A stretch of DNA of 64,000 nucleotides from an uncultured Veillonellaceae bacterium. Lineage in GTDB: Bacteria; Bacillota; Negativicutes; JARBTT01. The notes under the pieces were generated by a model. It made no database searches. It was not told where the DNA came from and worked only from the letters and a program-made list of their open reading frames with translations. Made by a program: the position numbers and the translations under genes. The stretch covers positions 128,001-192,000 of the forward strand of contig CAWDTA010000003.1 in assembly GCA_963805085.1 (NCBI GenBank). Reading direction: 5' to 3'. Each line of letters begins with the position of its first letter. Positions within the stretch are counted from its first letter, which is position 1. This document shows positions 28,788-40,005 of this stretch, one piece after another.

Positions 28788-31700
28788 ATGGCTAAAGATA
28801 TAATTAATAAACAATTAAATATTTCTAAAGATTCTGAATTAAATAAAAAATCAAAAGAACAAATAATGGCCTCTACGATTGACAACAAAGAATACGATAA
28901 AAAGGAAGTTGGTGGAATCAATAGTGAAAAGGAAATGCATCAAATAAATAATGAATGCATAAAAAATAAAGATATTGCCATTATCGGGATAGCATGTCGT
29001 TTTCCCGGAGCTGAAAATTATGGACAATTTTGGGAAAATATTAAACGAGGACTATCGAATATTCAGGAAATTCCCCAAAATCGTTGGGACTGGCAAGCGT
29101 TATGGGGAGATCCCCAAATTGAAATAAATAAGAGTAACAGTAAATGGGGTGGATTCATTAAGAATGTTGATACCTTTGATGCGAGCTTTTTCGGATTTTC
29201 TCCTCGAGAATCAGAAGTGATGGATCCGCAGCAAAGGATCATGCTGGAACTAGCTTGGTCTTGCTTGGAGGATGGGGGGGTTCGTCCTTCTGATGTATCA
29301 GGAAAAAAAGTCGGTGTTTATTTAGGTGTTTTTTCTTCTGACTATAAAGAATTGCAAGAAAGAGAATTTCGCGCAATTGAAATGTATCATTCTATAGGAA
29401 CTGCTACTGCAGTAGTCGCCAATCGCATTTCTCATTATTTCAATTTTAAAGGCCCGAGCATTCCTATTGATACGGCTTGTTCCAGTGCTCTTAGTGCTAT
29501 TCATGCAGCTATTAACTCTTTACGCTCGGGAGAATGCAGCATGGCGTTAGTGGGAGGTATTAATCTATTATTGACGCCAACTCGCTATATTTCATACTCA
29601 AAAACCGGTATGTTGTCGCCTACGGGATCATGTAAAACCTTCGATGAAAGTGCCGATGGCTATGTACGAGGTGAAGGTGCAGGGCTCATCTTGGTTAAGC
29701 CTTTAGAACAAGCGATTAAGGATGGAGATTCTATCTATGGAATTCTGAAGGGAAGTGCTATTAACCATAACGGGAAAACTCATACTTTAACTTATCCCAA
29801 TCCCGAAGCCCAAGCGGATGTGATTATTGAAGCGTGTAAGCAGGCAAGGGTTACTCCTGAAAGTATCAGCTATATTGAGACTCACGGAACAGGGACTCCC
29901 AAAGGGGATCCCCTTGAGTTTCAGGGACTATTAAAGGCATTTGAAAGCCTTTCTTCACAAGGAAAGCAAAGTTTGAAAAGAAACTATTGCGGTTTGGGGG
30001 CTGTAAAAACCAATATAGGTCATCTTGAATCTGCGGCCGGAATTGCCGGGGTAATCAAAGTGTTATTATCCATGAAGTATAAACAGTTACCTGGGCTTCA
30101 GAATTTCAAACGGTTAAATCATCGCATTGCTGTGGAAAATAGTCCGTTTTATTTTATTGATCGGTTACAAGCATGGAAACCATTAAAAGATGTAAACAAT
30201 AAAGCTTATCCTAGACGAGCTGGAGTAAGTTCTTTTGGATTTGGGGGTACGAATGCCCATGTGATTCTTGAAGAAGCGCCGGTTATCGCAAAGCATTCCA
30301 ACATAAAAGTCCCCTATTACTTAATTTGTTTATCCGCTAAAACTAAAGAAGCATTGCGGCGTAAGGAAGAAGACCTGCTATATTGGTTAGAAGAGGAAGG
30401 AATAAAACATAAACTTATTGAGATTAGTGCGACGTTATTGATGGGGAGAGAGCATTTTGCAATAAGATCTGCTTTTGTCGTAAGAGATGTGCAAGAACTC
30501 CAAAAGAGATTAAAGCAAGTTCTCGAAAAAGGAGAAGCTGAAGGATATTATATAGAAGGTAATATAAAAAAAGGAGAACAAATGAGTCCTCTCTTGGTAG
30601 AGCTAGGTAAGACGATTGTCAAAGAGTTACAGGCAAATAAATTGAAGGACGAGCAGGAATATGGTCAAAAACTCATGGCGTTGGCGGAACTGTATACAAG
30701 TGGGCATAATCTGGATTGGCAGATGATTTTACCTAAAGGAAAGATAAGCCGCATCAGTTTGCCGACCTATCCTTTTGCCAGAGAGCGTTATTGGATATCT
30801 GATAGCGATGAAGAAAGTTACAGCAAAATAATAAGCTCTGGTAAGCTTACTTCCATTCATCCGCTATTGCATCAAAACACCTCAGATCTTTTCGAACAGA
30901 GGTTCAGTTCTAGTTTTACTGGAGAAGAGTCTTTCCTTGCAGATTATGTCGTGAAAGGGCAACGAATATTACCTAGAGTAGCTTACTTGGAAATGGCTCG
31001 GGCGGCAATTGGAAAGGCAGCAGGATCTTTAGAAGAAAATCAAATAGGGTTGCGATTCAAAAACGTGGTTTGGGCCAGACCTATTGCCATAGGAAAGCAG
31101 TCAATGCAAGTACATATTGGAATCTATCCCGAAGAGAATGGAGAAATAGCCTATGAAATATATAGCGAGCCACAAAAAGACAATGCAGAGCCTGTAATAC
31201 ACAGCCAAGGCAGTGTGGCGCTATGTGCTGTTACAGAAAGTTCAACCTTGGATTTGCATTCCTTGCGGGTGCAGTGCAGCCAAGGCATTTTTTCATCCAG
31301 TCAATGCTATGAAGTTTTTAGGACGGTGGGGCTTGACTATGGTCCTGGATATCAGGGGATTGAACAGGTATATGTAGGACAGGAACAGGTACTGGCTAAG
31401 CTGACTTTACCTGCGACTGTCTCCGATACGAAAGACCAATTTATTCTGCATCCAAGTCTAATGGATGCGGCCTTACAAGCATCTTTAATGATAAGTGCCA
31501 GTGACGTTAAACTAGCTCTGCCATTTGCATTGCAAGAACTTAAAATATTCGAAAAATGTACTTCCACCATGTGGGCGCTGATTCGCTACAGTGAAGGCAG
31601 TAAAGCTAAAGACAAGATGAAGAAAATTGATATTGATCTATGTGACGAGCAAGGGCGCGTTTGTGTACGGATGAAAGGTCTTTCCTCCAGAGTGTTGGAA

Positions 31701-34700
31701 GGAAAAGTGGATTCAGTAACAGATACAGAAGCGATTGGAACGCTGATGCTTCAACCTAGTTGGCAAGAAAAAATTGTTGATTCGGAAGCAACAATGCCAG
31801 AGTATGACCGACATCTAGTGATGTTATGTGAGTCACATGACATTTCTCAAGAAGACATTGAAAATCAAATAAATGGAGTACGCTGTCTCACCTTACATGC
31901 AGAACAGGAAGGCATAGAATCACGATTTAACAACTATGCCGTTCAAGCCTTTGAGCAAATCAAAAATATTCTTAAAGATAAGCATATGGGCAAAGTGTTG
32001 GTTCAAATTATCGTTATCAATCAAGGAGAGCAACAACTTTTCGCTGGACTTTCAGGACTGCTGAAAACAGCCCAACTAGAAAATCCAAAACTCATAGGAC
32101 AGTTAATTGAAATGGAACCAGGGAAAAAGATAGAAGAAATCATAGAAAAACTGAAGGAGAACAGCAGGAGCCCAATTGATAATCATATTCGTTACCAGGA
32201 AAATAAACGCTGCGTTGCCAGTTGGAACAAAGTGGATGTTTCCAAAGAAGCAGTAAAGATCCCCTGGAAAGACCAGGGGGTCTATTTAATTACTGGCGGT
32301 GCTGGCGGACTGGGACTTATATTTGCCAAAGAGATTGCACATAAAGTCAAAGATGCGACGCTAATCCTTACAGGTCGAACTTCACTTAAAAAAGACAAGC
32401 AAGCTAAACTTAAGGAATTGGAAGAGTTGGGCGCCAAAATCGTATACAAGCAAGTAGATATGACGCAAAAAGAAGCGGTTGCTGATTTAATTGAAAGTAT
32501 CAGGAAGGACTTTAAAAATCTTAACGGTATCATCCATAGTGCGGGCGTGATTAGAGACAACTTCATTATAAAAAAGACTAAGGAAGAAGTGCAAGCGGTT
32601 CTAGCTCCTAAAGTCACGGGATTGGTGAATTTGGATGAAGCTAGCAAGGAGTTAAACCTCGACTTTTTTGTGTTCTTTTCCTCAACAACAGGAGCATTAG
32701 GCAATCTGGGACAGGCAGACTATGCTACTGCTAATGCTTTTATGGATGTGTATGCTAGGTATAGAAGCAACTTGGTAGCATCAAAGCAGCGCCATGGCCA
32801 AACTTTGTCAATCAACTGGCCGCTGTGGCAAGAAGGCGGGATGAGCGTCGATGAAGAAACTGAAAAAACAATGAGGCAAAATACAGGTATGATTGCCATG
32901 GAAAAATCAATTGGCATTTGGGCATTTTATCAAGGAGTAGCTTTAGGCAAGGCGCAATTAATGGTACTTGAAGGCGATCTGTCACAAATGCAGGCATATC
33001 TATTAGATATTTCACCAAAAGTTCATAAATATACAGAGGAGGCATCTACTCTCCATGTGGAGCAATGGCAATTGCGAGAAAAAACCTTATATCAACTCAA
33101 GGTTCTATTTGGAGAAGTCACTAAAGTAAGTGTTAACAAACTTGATCCTGAAGAGCCTTTGGAAAGCTACGGGATAAATTCAATTATGATTATCCAGCTT
33201 AATCAAAAACTTGACGGTATTTTTGGAGAATTGTCAAAAACTTTATTCTATGAATACCAAACATTGAACGCGCTGGCAGAATATTTTACGGCAGAATATC
33301 CACAGAAATGTCTGCAGTGGACCGGACTTGGAGAGCAGGTTCAGCCAATACAGGATAAGTCAACAATATCAATGTCCGTTGGTGAATTTCCTGTACTGAC
33401 ATCATTGAAAAAAGATAAAACGCTAACTCGTGATTTTATGGAGCTAACTCCCAATAATAGCGTCTATGAACCGATTGCCATCATTGGCATGAGTGGGCGC
33501 TATCCAAAAGCAAAAACATTAAAAGAGTATTGGGATATTTTAAAAACAGGCCAAGATTGTATTAGCGAAATTCCTCAAGAGCGTTGGTCAATGGAAGGAT
33601 TTTATCATTCGGATTTCCAAGAAGCTGTGGCACAAGGAAAAAGCTATAGCAAATGGGGTGGTTTTGTAGAAGAATTTGCCGATTTTGATCCGCTATTCTT
33701 TAATATTTCCCCTCTAGAAGCGATCAGTATGGATCCTCAAGAACGATTGTTCATTGAAGCTTGTTGGGCAGTGCTAGAGGATGCAGGATACACCAAAGAG
33801 CAACTTGGAGAACAATATGATAGGCGAGTTGGTGTTTTTGCAGGGATTACCAAAACAGGTTTTGAGTTATATGGCCCCGATTTGTGGAAACAAGGCGAAC
33901 AAGTTTATCCTTCTACTTCATTTGGATCGGTTGCGAATAGAATTTCCTATCTGCTTAATTTGCAAGGTCCTAGTATGCCGATTGATACGATGTGTTCGTC
34001 CTCGTTAACAGCCATTCATGAGGCATGTGAACATCTTTACCGTGGAGAATGTGAAATGGCGATTGCGGGTGGAGTGAATTTGTACCTGCATCCTTCAAGC
34101 TATATCAGACTTTGCAATAATCATATGTTATCTGTAGATGGAAAATGCAAAAGCTTTGGTCAAGGAGGTAACGGATTTGTACCTGGAGAAGGAGTGGGCA
34201 CTGTTTTACTGAAACGGTTATCGCAGGCGATTGCAGATGGTGATCATATTTATGCTGTAATTCGAGGGACAAGTATTAACCACGGCGGAAAAACGAATGG
34301 ATATACAGTACCTAATCCAATCGCCCAAGGCGATCTCATTCGAACGGCGTTGGATAAAGCCGGAATTGATGCTCGGGCCGTCAGTTATATAGAAGCACAT
34401 GGAACAGGGACAGCACTTGGCGATCCGATTGAAATCACAGGATTAAGCCAAGCATTCCAAAAGGATACCCAGGAAACAGGATTTTGTGCAATTGGTTCCG
34501 CAAAATCAAATATTGGACATTTGGAAGCAGCAGCAGGAATTGCAGGAGTTACCAAAATCGTGCTGCAAATGAAAAATCAAGAGATTGTTCCCAGCCTGCA
34601 TGCTACGGAATTGAATCCCAATATTAATTTTGGAAAAACTCCTTTTGTAGTTCAGAGGGAACTGGCAGAATGGAAACGACCGGTGGTTGAGATTAACGGA

Positions 34701-37700
34701 GAAAGCAAGGAATATCCAAGAATTGCTGGTATTTCATCTTTTGGTGCTGGTGGATCAAACGCGCACATCGTATTAGAAGAATACATTCCAAAGAATCAAG
34801 AACGTCGTTTAACTGCAATCACACCACAAGACCCAGCTATTATCGTACTGTCGGCAAAGAATGAAGAACGGCTCCAAGTGCAGGTACAGCAATTGTTGTC
34901 CGTGATTCAGGAACAGAAATTTGGGGATAGTGAATTGATCGATATGGCCTACACGCTGCAAGTAGGACGTGAAGCCATGGAAGAACGTTTGGCCATGATC
35001 GTAGGATCGGTCAAAGAACTGGCAGAAAAACTGCAGGGCTTTGTAGAAGGAAAGGATGATATTAAAGATTTGTACCGGGGCCAGGTTAAACGTGATAAAG
35101 AGGACTTTATTATTACTATGGCTATGGATGAAGAAATGCAGGAAACAATTCAAAAGTGGATTCAACAAAAAAAATATGCAAAACTTCTGGAACTTTGGGT
35201 CAAGGGTTTCAAGTTTAATTGGAACGAGCTCTATGCTGATACAAAACCTCACCGTGTTAGCCTGCCTACGTATCCTTTTGCCAGGGAACGTTATTGGTTG
35301 CCTGAAATTTATCTTGCCAAACCTGCTGGTAGCTTGACAACAAACTCAATAATGCACCCACTATTGCATCAAAATACATCCGACCTTTCTGAACAGCGGT
35401 TTACCTCCACTTTTACTGGTCAGGAGTTTTTCTTGGCTGACCATATCGTGAAAGGACAGCGGATCTTGCCCGGAGTGGCCTATCTAGAAATGGCTCGAGT
35501 CGCCGTACAGCAGGCATCTGCAGTCTTTCAAGAAGAAAAGGCTCAGATAAAGCTCCAGAATATCGTCTGGACACGTCCTATTACCGTAGGGGAAAAACCA
35601 GTCCAGGTACACATCGGACTCTATCCTGAGGAGACTGGCCAGATCGCCTATGAGATTTATAGCCAACCAGATGAGGCCAGCGCTGAATCAATAGTGCACA
35701 GCCAAGGCATTGCCGTATTGGGCACTGTCCTAGATACTCCCACTCTGGATTTATCTGCCTTGCAGGCCGAGTGTAGCAAAATTGCTCCTGCTGCGAATCA
35801 GCTTTACGAGGCCTTTAAGACGATGGGGATTGACTACGGTCCCGCCCACCAGGGTATCGAACAGTTGTACATAGGGCAAAATCAGGTTTTGGCTAGAATC
35901 ACCCTGCCGTCATCTGTCGCCAATACCAAGAATCAGTTCGTCCTGCACCCTAGTCTGATGGATGCCGCCCTTCAGTCTTCCAGCTGCTTGATTACGGACA
36001 AAATGCCATCCGACAAAACTTCACTCAAGCCAATCTTGCCTTTTGCCTTAGACGAACTTGAAATCTTTGGCAGTTGCACTTCCTCCATGTGGGTACATAT
36101 ACGACCGAATGTCGGAAGTATAGCAGGGGACAAGCTTCAGAAGTTGGACATCGATATTTGCAACGACCAGGGGAATATTTGCGTGCGCATGAAGGCGTTC
36201 ACATTTAGAATGTTGGAAGGCGAACTGGATGCCTCAGGAACAGCAATGCCCCGAGGTTTGCTGTTGCTCCAACCCGGCTGGAGTGAACAAACAGTTGCTG
36301 ATGTAGACTTAGCCACTGATTACGCTCAACACTTGGTGATCCTCTGCGAGCAGGATGATATCTCTCCTGAAAGCATAAGTGCTCGAATGAATAAGGTGCG
36401 CTGTCTGGCTCTCCAATCTTCGCAGCTAGAAATAGAGGAGCGTTTCGCAATGTATGCTATTCAGGTATTTGGGGAAATCCAAGGCATCCTCAAGGATAAG
36501 GCCAAAGGTCAAGTTCTGATTCAGTTAGTGGTTTCCAGATCAAGCGAGCAACAATTCTGTTCTGCCCTCTGGGCTCTTTTAAAAACGGCACAGCTTGAGA
36601 ATCCAAAACTCATAGGACAGTTAATTGAAATGGAATCAGGGAAAAAGATGGAAGAAATCATAGGAAAACTGAACGAGAACAGCAGAACCCCAATTGACAA
36701 TCATATTCGCTATCAGGAAAATAAACGCTATGTTGCCAGTTGGAACAAAGTGGATGTTTCCAAAGAAACAGTAAAGATCCCATGGAAAGACCAGGGAGTC
36801 TATTTAATTACTGGCGGTGCTGGTGGACTGGGACTTATATTTGCCAAAGAGATTGTGCATAAAGTCAAAGATGCGACGCTGATCCTTACAGGTCGAACTC
36901 CACTTGATGCAGATAAACATGCTAAATTTAATAAATTGGAAGATTTGGGTGCTCGAATCATATACAAGCAAGTCGATGTGACACAAAAGGAGGCTGTCGC
37001 TAACTTAATTCAAAGCATTAAGAAGGACTTTGGAAATCTAAATGGCATCATTCACGGTGCGGGAGTGATTCGCGACAATTTCTTTATAAAAAAGACGAAG
37101 GAAGAACTGCAAGCAGTTCTGGCGCCCAAAGTCAACGGAGTGGTGAATTTGGATGAAGCCAGCAGGAAGTTGTCACTCGACTTCTTCATTATCTTTTCCT
37201 CAATAGCAGGAAGTATAGGAAACATTGGTCAGGCTGATTACGCAGCTGCTAATGCTTTTATGGACATCTATGCTAAGTACCGTAATGATCTGGTGGTGTC
37301 GAAACAACGGCAGGGACAAACCTTGTCAATCAATTGGCCGTTGTGGAAAGAGGGCGGTATGCATGTCGATGCAACCACCGAAAAGACGTTGAAGCAGAGT
37401 ACGGGGATGACTGCTATGCAGACGGCAAGCGGCATTCAGGCTTTGTATCAAAGTTTATACTCCGGCAAGGATCAGGTCATGGTAATAGAGGGAGATCTCA
37501 AGCGGTTGCAGGCAGTGTTCCTGAGACAACCAGACGGTATAGAAACTGTAAAATTATCTCTTAATATCAAAAAAAATAAAGCAATTCCATCCATTGGAGA
37601 AGACATGCTCAGGGAGAAAGCGGAACATTACTTCAAAAAGTTACTTTCTTTCGTTTTTAAGATGCCTGTTAATAGAATTGAAGCAACTGCTCCACTTGAA

Positions 37701-39992
37701 CAATATGGTATAGATTCAGTCATGGTTATACAACTGACCAATCAATTAGAAAAAACATTTGGTTCATTGTCAAAAACGTTGTTTTTTGAATACCAATCCA
37801 TTCAAGAGTTAACTGGATATTTTCTTGAAGCCTATCGGGATCAACTGATAGAATTATTGGGAATTGAGGGAAAAGTAGCAGCAACTAACGAGAATTTCAA
37901 AGATTCTATAACTATGGCAGAACCATTAGAGCCAACCATCAGCACTCAAAAGCGCTCGCGCTTTGTATCACTACGTAATCAAAGCCCACAAGAAAAATCA
38001 GGGGATTTTGACATTGCCATTATAGGTGTGTCTGGACGTTATCCGGGGGCCAAAAATATTCAGGAGTTTTGGAAGAACCTGCAGGCTGGTAAGGATTGCA
38101 TAACCGAAATACCCAATGACCGCTGGGATCACAGTCTATATTTTGATGAAGATAAGAACAAGCCGGGTAAGACTTATAGTAAGTGGGGAGGATTCCTCGA
38201 TGGTGTTGATCAATTTGATACTCTTTTCTTTAATATTTCACCGCGGGAAGCAGAAATGATGGATCCTCAGGAGCGTTTGTTCTTAGAATGTGTCTATGAA
38301 ACATTAGAGGATGCGGGATATACCCGAGAATCATTAGGTTTATGTCAAGATTTTGGCTTAGATGGGAATGTAGGGGTCTTTGTAGGCGTTATGTATGAAG
38401 AATACCAACTCTATGGGGCTCAGGCACAATCCAAAGGCAGACCGATTAGTATCCCGGGAAATCCTGCAATGATCGCCAATCGAGTGTCATATTTTTGCAA
38501 TTTCCATGGCCCTAGTATGGCTGTGGACACCATGTGCTCTTCCTCATTGACGGCAATCCATTTGGCATGTCAAAGCCTACAACGGAGCGGATGTGAGCTT
38601 GCAATTGCGGGTGGTGTCAATGTCTCCATTCATCCTAACAAATATTTAGTGCTCGGGCAGGGTAGATTTGTGTCCAGTAAGGGGCGGTGTGAAAGTTTTG
38701 GGCAAGGTGGTGACGGATATGTACCGGGAGAAGGCGTAGGAGCGGTATTATTAAAACCGTTGTCTAAAGCCATTACTGATGGGGATCACATATATGGGAT
38801 TATCAAAGCAACCGCACTTAATCATGGCGGAAAAACCAACGGGTATACAGTACCAAATCCTAACGCGCAGGCTAGTGTTATCGGCCGGGCTTTAAAGGAT
38901 GCTCGTATCAATCCAAGGATGATCAGTTACATTGAGGCCCATGGCACTGGGACTTCATTAGGAGATCCAATTGAAATCGCAGGTTTAATGAAAACCTTTC
39001 AGGAATATACCAAGGAAAAACAGTTTTGTGCCATTGGTTCGGCGAAATCGAATATTGGGCATTGTGAGAGTGCGGCAGGCATTGCTGGATTAACAAAAAT
39101 ACTATTGCAGCTCAAATATCGTCAATTAGTACCGTCGCTCCATTCCGAGGTTCTCAATTCCAATATTGACTTCACTAATAGTCCTTTTGTTGTTCAGCAA
39201 GAACTTGCAGAATGGAAAAGGCCGATGATTGAGGTTAATGGAATAACTAAGGAATGTTCAAGAATCGCTGGTATTTCGTCCTTTGGTGCTGGAGGATCCA
39301 ATGCCCATGTAGTGATTGAAGAATATATTTCTCAAGCCTTTGAAAAAGCTCAAATTACGACTACGTCTCAAAATTCTGCAGTTATTGTATTGTCGGCCAA
39401 GAGTGAAGCTCAACTCCAGGAACAAGCAAAGAGATTATTGGTTGCTATCAAAGATCAGCAATTCTCAGAAGGGAGTTTAGCTGACATAGCTTATACACTT
39501 CAAGTAGGGCGTGAAGCGATGGACGAACGATTGGGATTAATTGTAGGATCAATTAAAGATCTTGAAGAAAAACTAAAGAGCTTTATAGAAGCCCAAGATG
39601 GTGTTATGGATCTGTACCAAGGGCAGGTTAAACGTAATAGAGAGGCATTAGCTATTTTTGCTGCGGATGATGAAATGACAAAAATAGTCGAAGCTTGGAT
39701 GAACAAAAGAAATTATGGGAAAGTTTTGGATCTTTGGGTTAAAGGTTTGACTGTTGATTGGAACAAACTCTATGGTGACCAAAAACCTCTTCGCATAAGC
39801 TTACCTACATATCCCTTTGCCAAAGAACGCTATTGGATTCCAGAATATAAAGAACCAATAGAGACCAAGCCTTTGTTTGTCCAAAGCAATATTCAATTTA
39901 ATGATGCTTTTTATGATCAAATTTTGGATGAAATAATGAATGATACTATTAGTGTTGATGTTGCTGTTCAGAAAACAAAAAAACATAGATAG
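28788..39992 (+). CDS. trans-AT PKS 1: KS-DH0-KR-ACP-KS-DH-KR-ACP-KS
   Basis: Three KS domains (DTACSS/DTMCSS, HGTGT, NIGH) and no AT GHSxG. DH1 reads YVVKGQRILPR and DH2 reads HIVKGQRILPG. Two KRs with GGAGGLG and Y..AN; ACPs GINSI and GIDSV. Confidence 0.95.
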   Translation: MAKDIINKQLNISKDSELNKKSKEQIMASTIDNKEYDKKEVGGINSEKEMHQINNECIKNKDIAIIGIACRFPGAENYGQFWENIKRGLSNIQEIPQNRWDWQALWGDPQIEINKSNSKWGGFIKNVDTFDASFFGFSPRESEVMDPQQRIMLELAWSCLEDGGVRPSDVSGKKVGVYLGVFSSDYKELQEREFRAIEMYHSIGTATAVVANRISHYFNFKGPSIPIDTACSSALSAIHAAINSLRSGECSMALVGGINLLLTPTRYISYSKTGMLSPTGSCKTFDESADGYVRGEGAGLILVKPLEQAIKDGDSIYGILKGSAINHNGKTHTLTYPNPEAQADVIIEACKQARVTPESISYIETHGTGTPKGDPLEFQGLLKAFESLSSQGKQSLKRNYCGLGAVKTNIGHLESAAGIAGVIKVLLSMKYKQLPGLQNFKRLNHRIAVENSPFYFIDRLQAWKPLKDVNNKAYPRRAGVSSFGFGGTNAHVILEEAPVIAKHSNIKVPYYLICLSAKTKEALRRKEEDLLYWLEEEGIKHKLIEISATLLMGREHFAIRSAFVVRDVQELQKRLKQVLEKGEAEGYYIEGNIKKGEQMSPLLVELGKTIVKELQANKLKDEQEYGQKLMALAELYTSGHNLDWQMILPKGKISRISLPTYPFARERYWISDSDEESYSKIISSGKLTSIHPLLHQNTSDLFEQRFSSSFTGEESFLADYVVKGQRILPRVAYLEMARAAIGKAAGSLEENQIGLRFKNVVWARPIAIGKQSMQVHIGIYPEENGEIAYEIYSEPQKDNAEPVIHSQGSVALCAVTESSTLDLHSLRVQCSQGIFSSSQCYEVFRTVGLDYGPGYQGIEQVYVGQEQVLAKLTLPATVSDTKDQFILHPSLMDAALQASLMISASDVKLALPFALQELKIFEKCTSTMWALIRYSEGSKAKDKMKKIDIDLCDEQGRVCVRMKGLSSRVLEGKVDSVTDTEAIGTLMLQPSWQEKIVDSEATMPEYDRHLVMLCESHDISQEDIENQINGVRCLTLHAEQEGIESRFNNYAVQAFEQIKNILKDKHMGKVLVQIIVINQGEQQLFAGLSGLLKTAQLENPKLIGQLIEMEPGKKIEEIIEKLKENSRSPIDNHIRYQENKRCVASWNKVDVSKEAVKIPWKDQGVYLITGGAGGLGLIFAKEIAHKVKDATLILTGRTSLKKDKQAKLKELEELGAKIVYKQVDMTQKEAVADLIESIRKDFKNLNGIIHSAGVIRDNFIIKKTKEEVQAVLAPKVTGLVNLDEASKELNLDFFVFFSSTTGALGNLGQADYATANAFMDVYARYRSNLVASKQRHGQTLSINWPLWQEGGMSVDEETEKTMRQNTGMIAMEKSIGIWAFYQGVALGKAQLMVLEGDLSQMQAYLLDISPKVHKYTEEASTLHVEQWQLREKTLYQLKVLFGEVTKVSVNKLDPEEPLESYGINSIMIIQLNQKLDGIFGELSKTLFYEYQTLNALAEYFTAEYPQKCLQWTGLGEQVQPIQDKSTISMSVGEFPVLTSLKKDKTLTRDFMELTPNNSVYEPIAIIGMSGRYPKAKTLKEYWDILKTGQDCISEIPQERWSMEGFYHSDFQEAVAQGKSYSKWGGFVEEFADFDPLFFNISPLEAISMDPQERLFIEACWAVLEDAGYTKEQLGEQYDRRVGVFAGITKTGFELYGPDLWKQGEQVYPSTSFGSVANRISYLLNLQGPSMPIDTMCSSSLTAIHEACEHLYRGECEMAIAGGVNLYLHPSSYIRLCNNHMLSVDGKCKSFGQGGNGFVPGEGVGTVLLKRLSQAIADGDHIYAVIRGTSINHGGKTNGYTVPNPIAQGDLIRTALDKAGIDARAVSYIEAHGTGTALGDPIEITGLSQAFQKDTQETGFCAIGSAKSNIGHLEAAAGIAGVTKIVLQMKNQEIVPSLHATELNPNINFGKTPFVVQRELAEWKRPVVEINGESKEYPRIAGISSFGAGGSNAHIVLEEYIPKNQERRLTAITPQDPAIIVLSAKNEERLQVQVQQLLSVIQEQKFGDSELIDMAYTLQVGREAMEERLAMIVGSVKELAEKLQGFVEGKDDIKDLYRGQVKRDKEDFIITMAMDEEMQETIQKWIQQKKYAKLLELWVKGFKFNWNELYADTKPHRVSLPTYPFARERYWLPEIYLAKPAGSLTTNSIMHPLLHQNTSDLSEQRFTSTFTGQEFFLADHIVKGQRILPGVAYLEMARVAVQQASAVFQEEKAQIKLQNIVWTRPITVGEKPVQVHIGLYPEETGQIAYEIYSQPDEASAESIVHSQGIAVLGTVLDTPTLDLSALQAECSKIAPAANQLYEAFKTMGIDYGPAHQGIEQLYIGQNQVLARITLPSSVANTKNQFVLHPSLMDAALQSSSCLITDKMPSDKTSLKPILPFALDELEIFGSCTSSMWVHIRPNVGSIAGDKLQKLDIDICNDQGNICVRMKAFTFRMLEGELDASGTAMPRGLLLLQPGWSEQTVADVDLATDYAQHLVILCEQDDISPESISARMNKVRCLALQSSQLEIEERFAMYAIQVFGEIQGILKDKAKGQVLIQLVVSRSSEQQFCSALWALLKTAQLENPKLIGQLIEMESGKKMEEIIGKLNENSRTPIDNHIRYQENKRYVASWNKVDVSKETVKIPWKDQGVYLITGGAGGLGLIFAKEIVHKVKDATLILTGRTPLDADKHAKFNKLEDLGARIIYKQVDVTQKEAVANLIQSIKKDFGNLNGIIHGAGVIRDNFFIKKTKEELQAVLAPKVNGVVNLDEASRKLSLDFFIIFSSIAGSIGNIGQADYAAANAFMDIYAKYRNDLVVSKQRQGQTLSINWPLWKEGGMHVDATTEKTLKQSTGMTAMQTASGIQALYQSLYSGKDQVMVIEGDLKRLQAVFLRQPDGIETVKLSLNIKKNKAIPSIGEDMLREKAEHYFKKLLSFVFKMPVNRIEATAPLEQYGIDSVMVIQLTNQLEKTFGSLSKTLFFEYQSIQELTGYFLEAYRDQLIELLGIEGKVAATNENFKDSITMAEPLEPTISTQKRSRFVSLRNQSPQEKSGDFDIAIIGVSGRYPGAKNIQEFWKNLQAGKDCITEIPNDRWDHSLYFDEDKNKPGKTYSKWGGFLDGVDQFDTLFFNISPREAEMMDPQERLFLECVYETLEDAGYTRESLGLCQDFGLDGNVGVFVGVMYEEYQLYGAQAQSKGRPISIPGNPAMIANRVSYFCNFHGPSMAVDTMCSSSLTAIHLACQSLQRSGCELAIAGGVNVSIHPNKYLVLGQGRFVSSKGRCESFGQGGDGYVPGEGVGAVLLKPLSKAITDGDHIYGIIKATALNHGGKTNGYTVPNPNAQASVIGRALKDARINPRMISYIEAHGTGTSLGDPIEIAGLMKTFQEYTKEKQFCAIGSAKSNIGHCESAAGIAGLTKILLQLKYRQLVPSLHSEVLNSNIDFTNSPFVVQQELAEWKRPMIEVNGITKECSRIAGISSFGAGGSNAHVVIEEYISQAFEKAQITTTSQNSAVIVLSAKSEAQLQEQAKRLLVAIKDQQFSEGSLADIAYTLQVGREAMDERLGLIVGSIKDLEEKLKSFIEAQDGVMDLYQGQVKRNREALAIFAADDEMTKIVEAWMNKRNYGKVLDLWVKGLTVDWNKLYGDQKPLRISLPTYPFAKERYWIPEYKEPIETKPLFVQSNIQFNDAFYDQILDEIMNDTISVDVAVQKTKKHR
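31370..32520 (+). repeat. Near-identical copy of the DH(C-terminal)-KR segment at about 40630-41780 (offset 9259) and, from about 31520, at 45294 onward
   Basis: Identical peptide stretch and duplicated antisense ORFs (31352 vs 40611; 32282 vs 41544 and 46059). Confidence 0.9.
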
Positions 39993-40005
39993 GAGAGGAG
40001 AAAAT

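Noticed and set aside
39940-40005. Longer ORF-track starts for PKS2 (also 52524, 22939, 4233, 2449 and 14856)
   Set aside because: Most overlap the upstream gene, and downstream starts have better RBSs or translational coupling.
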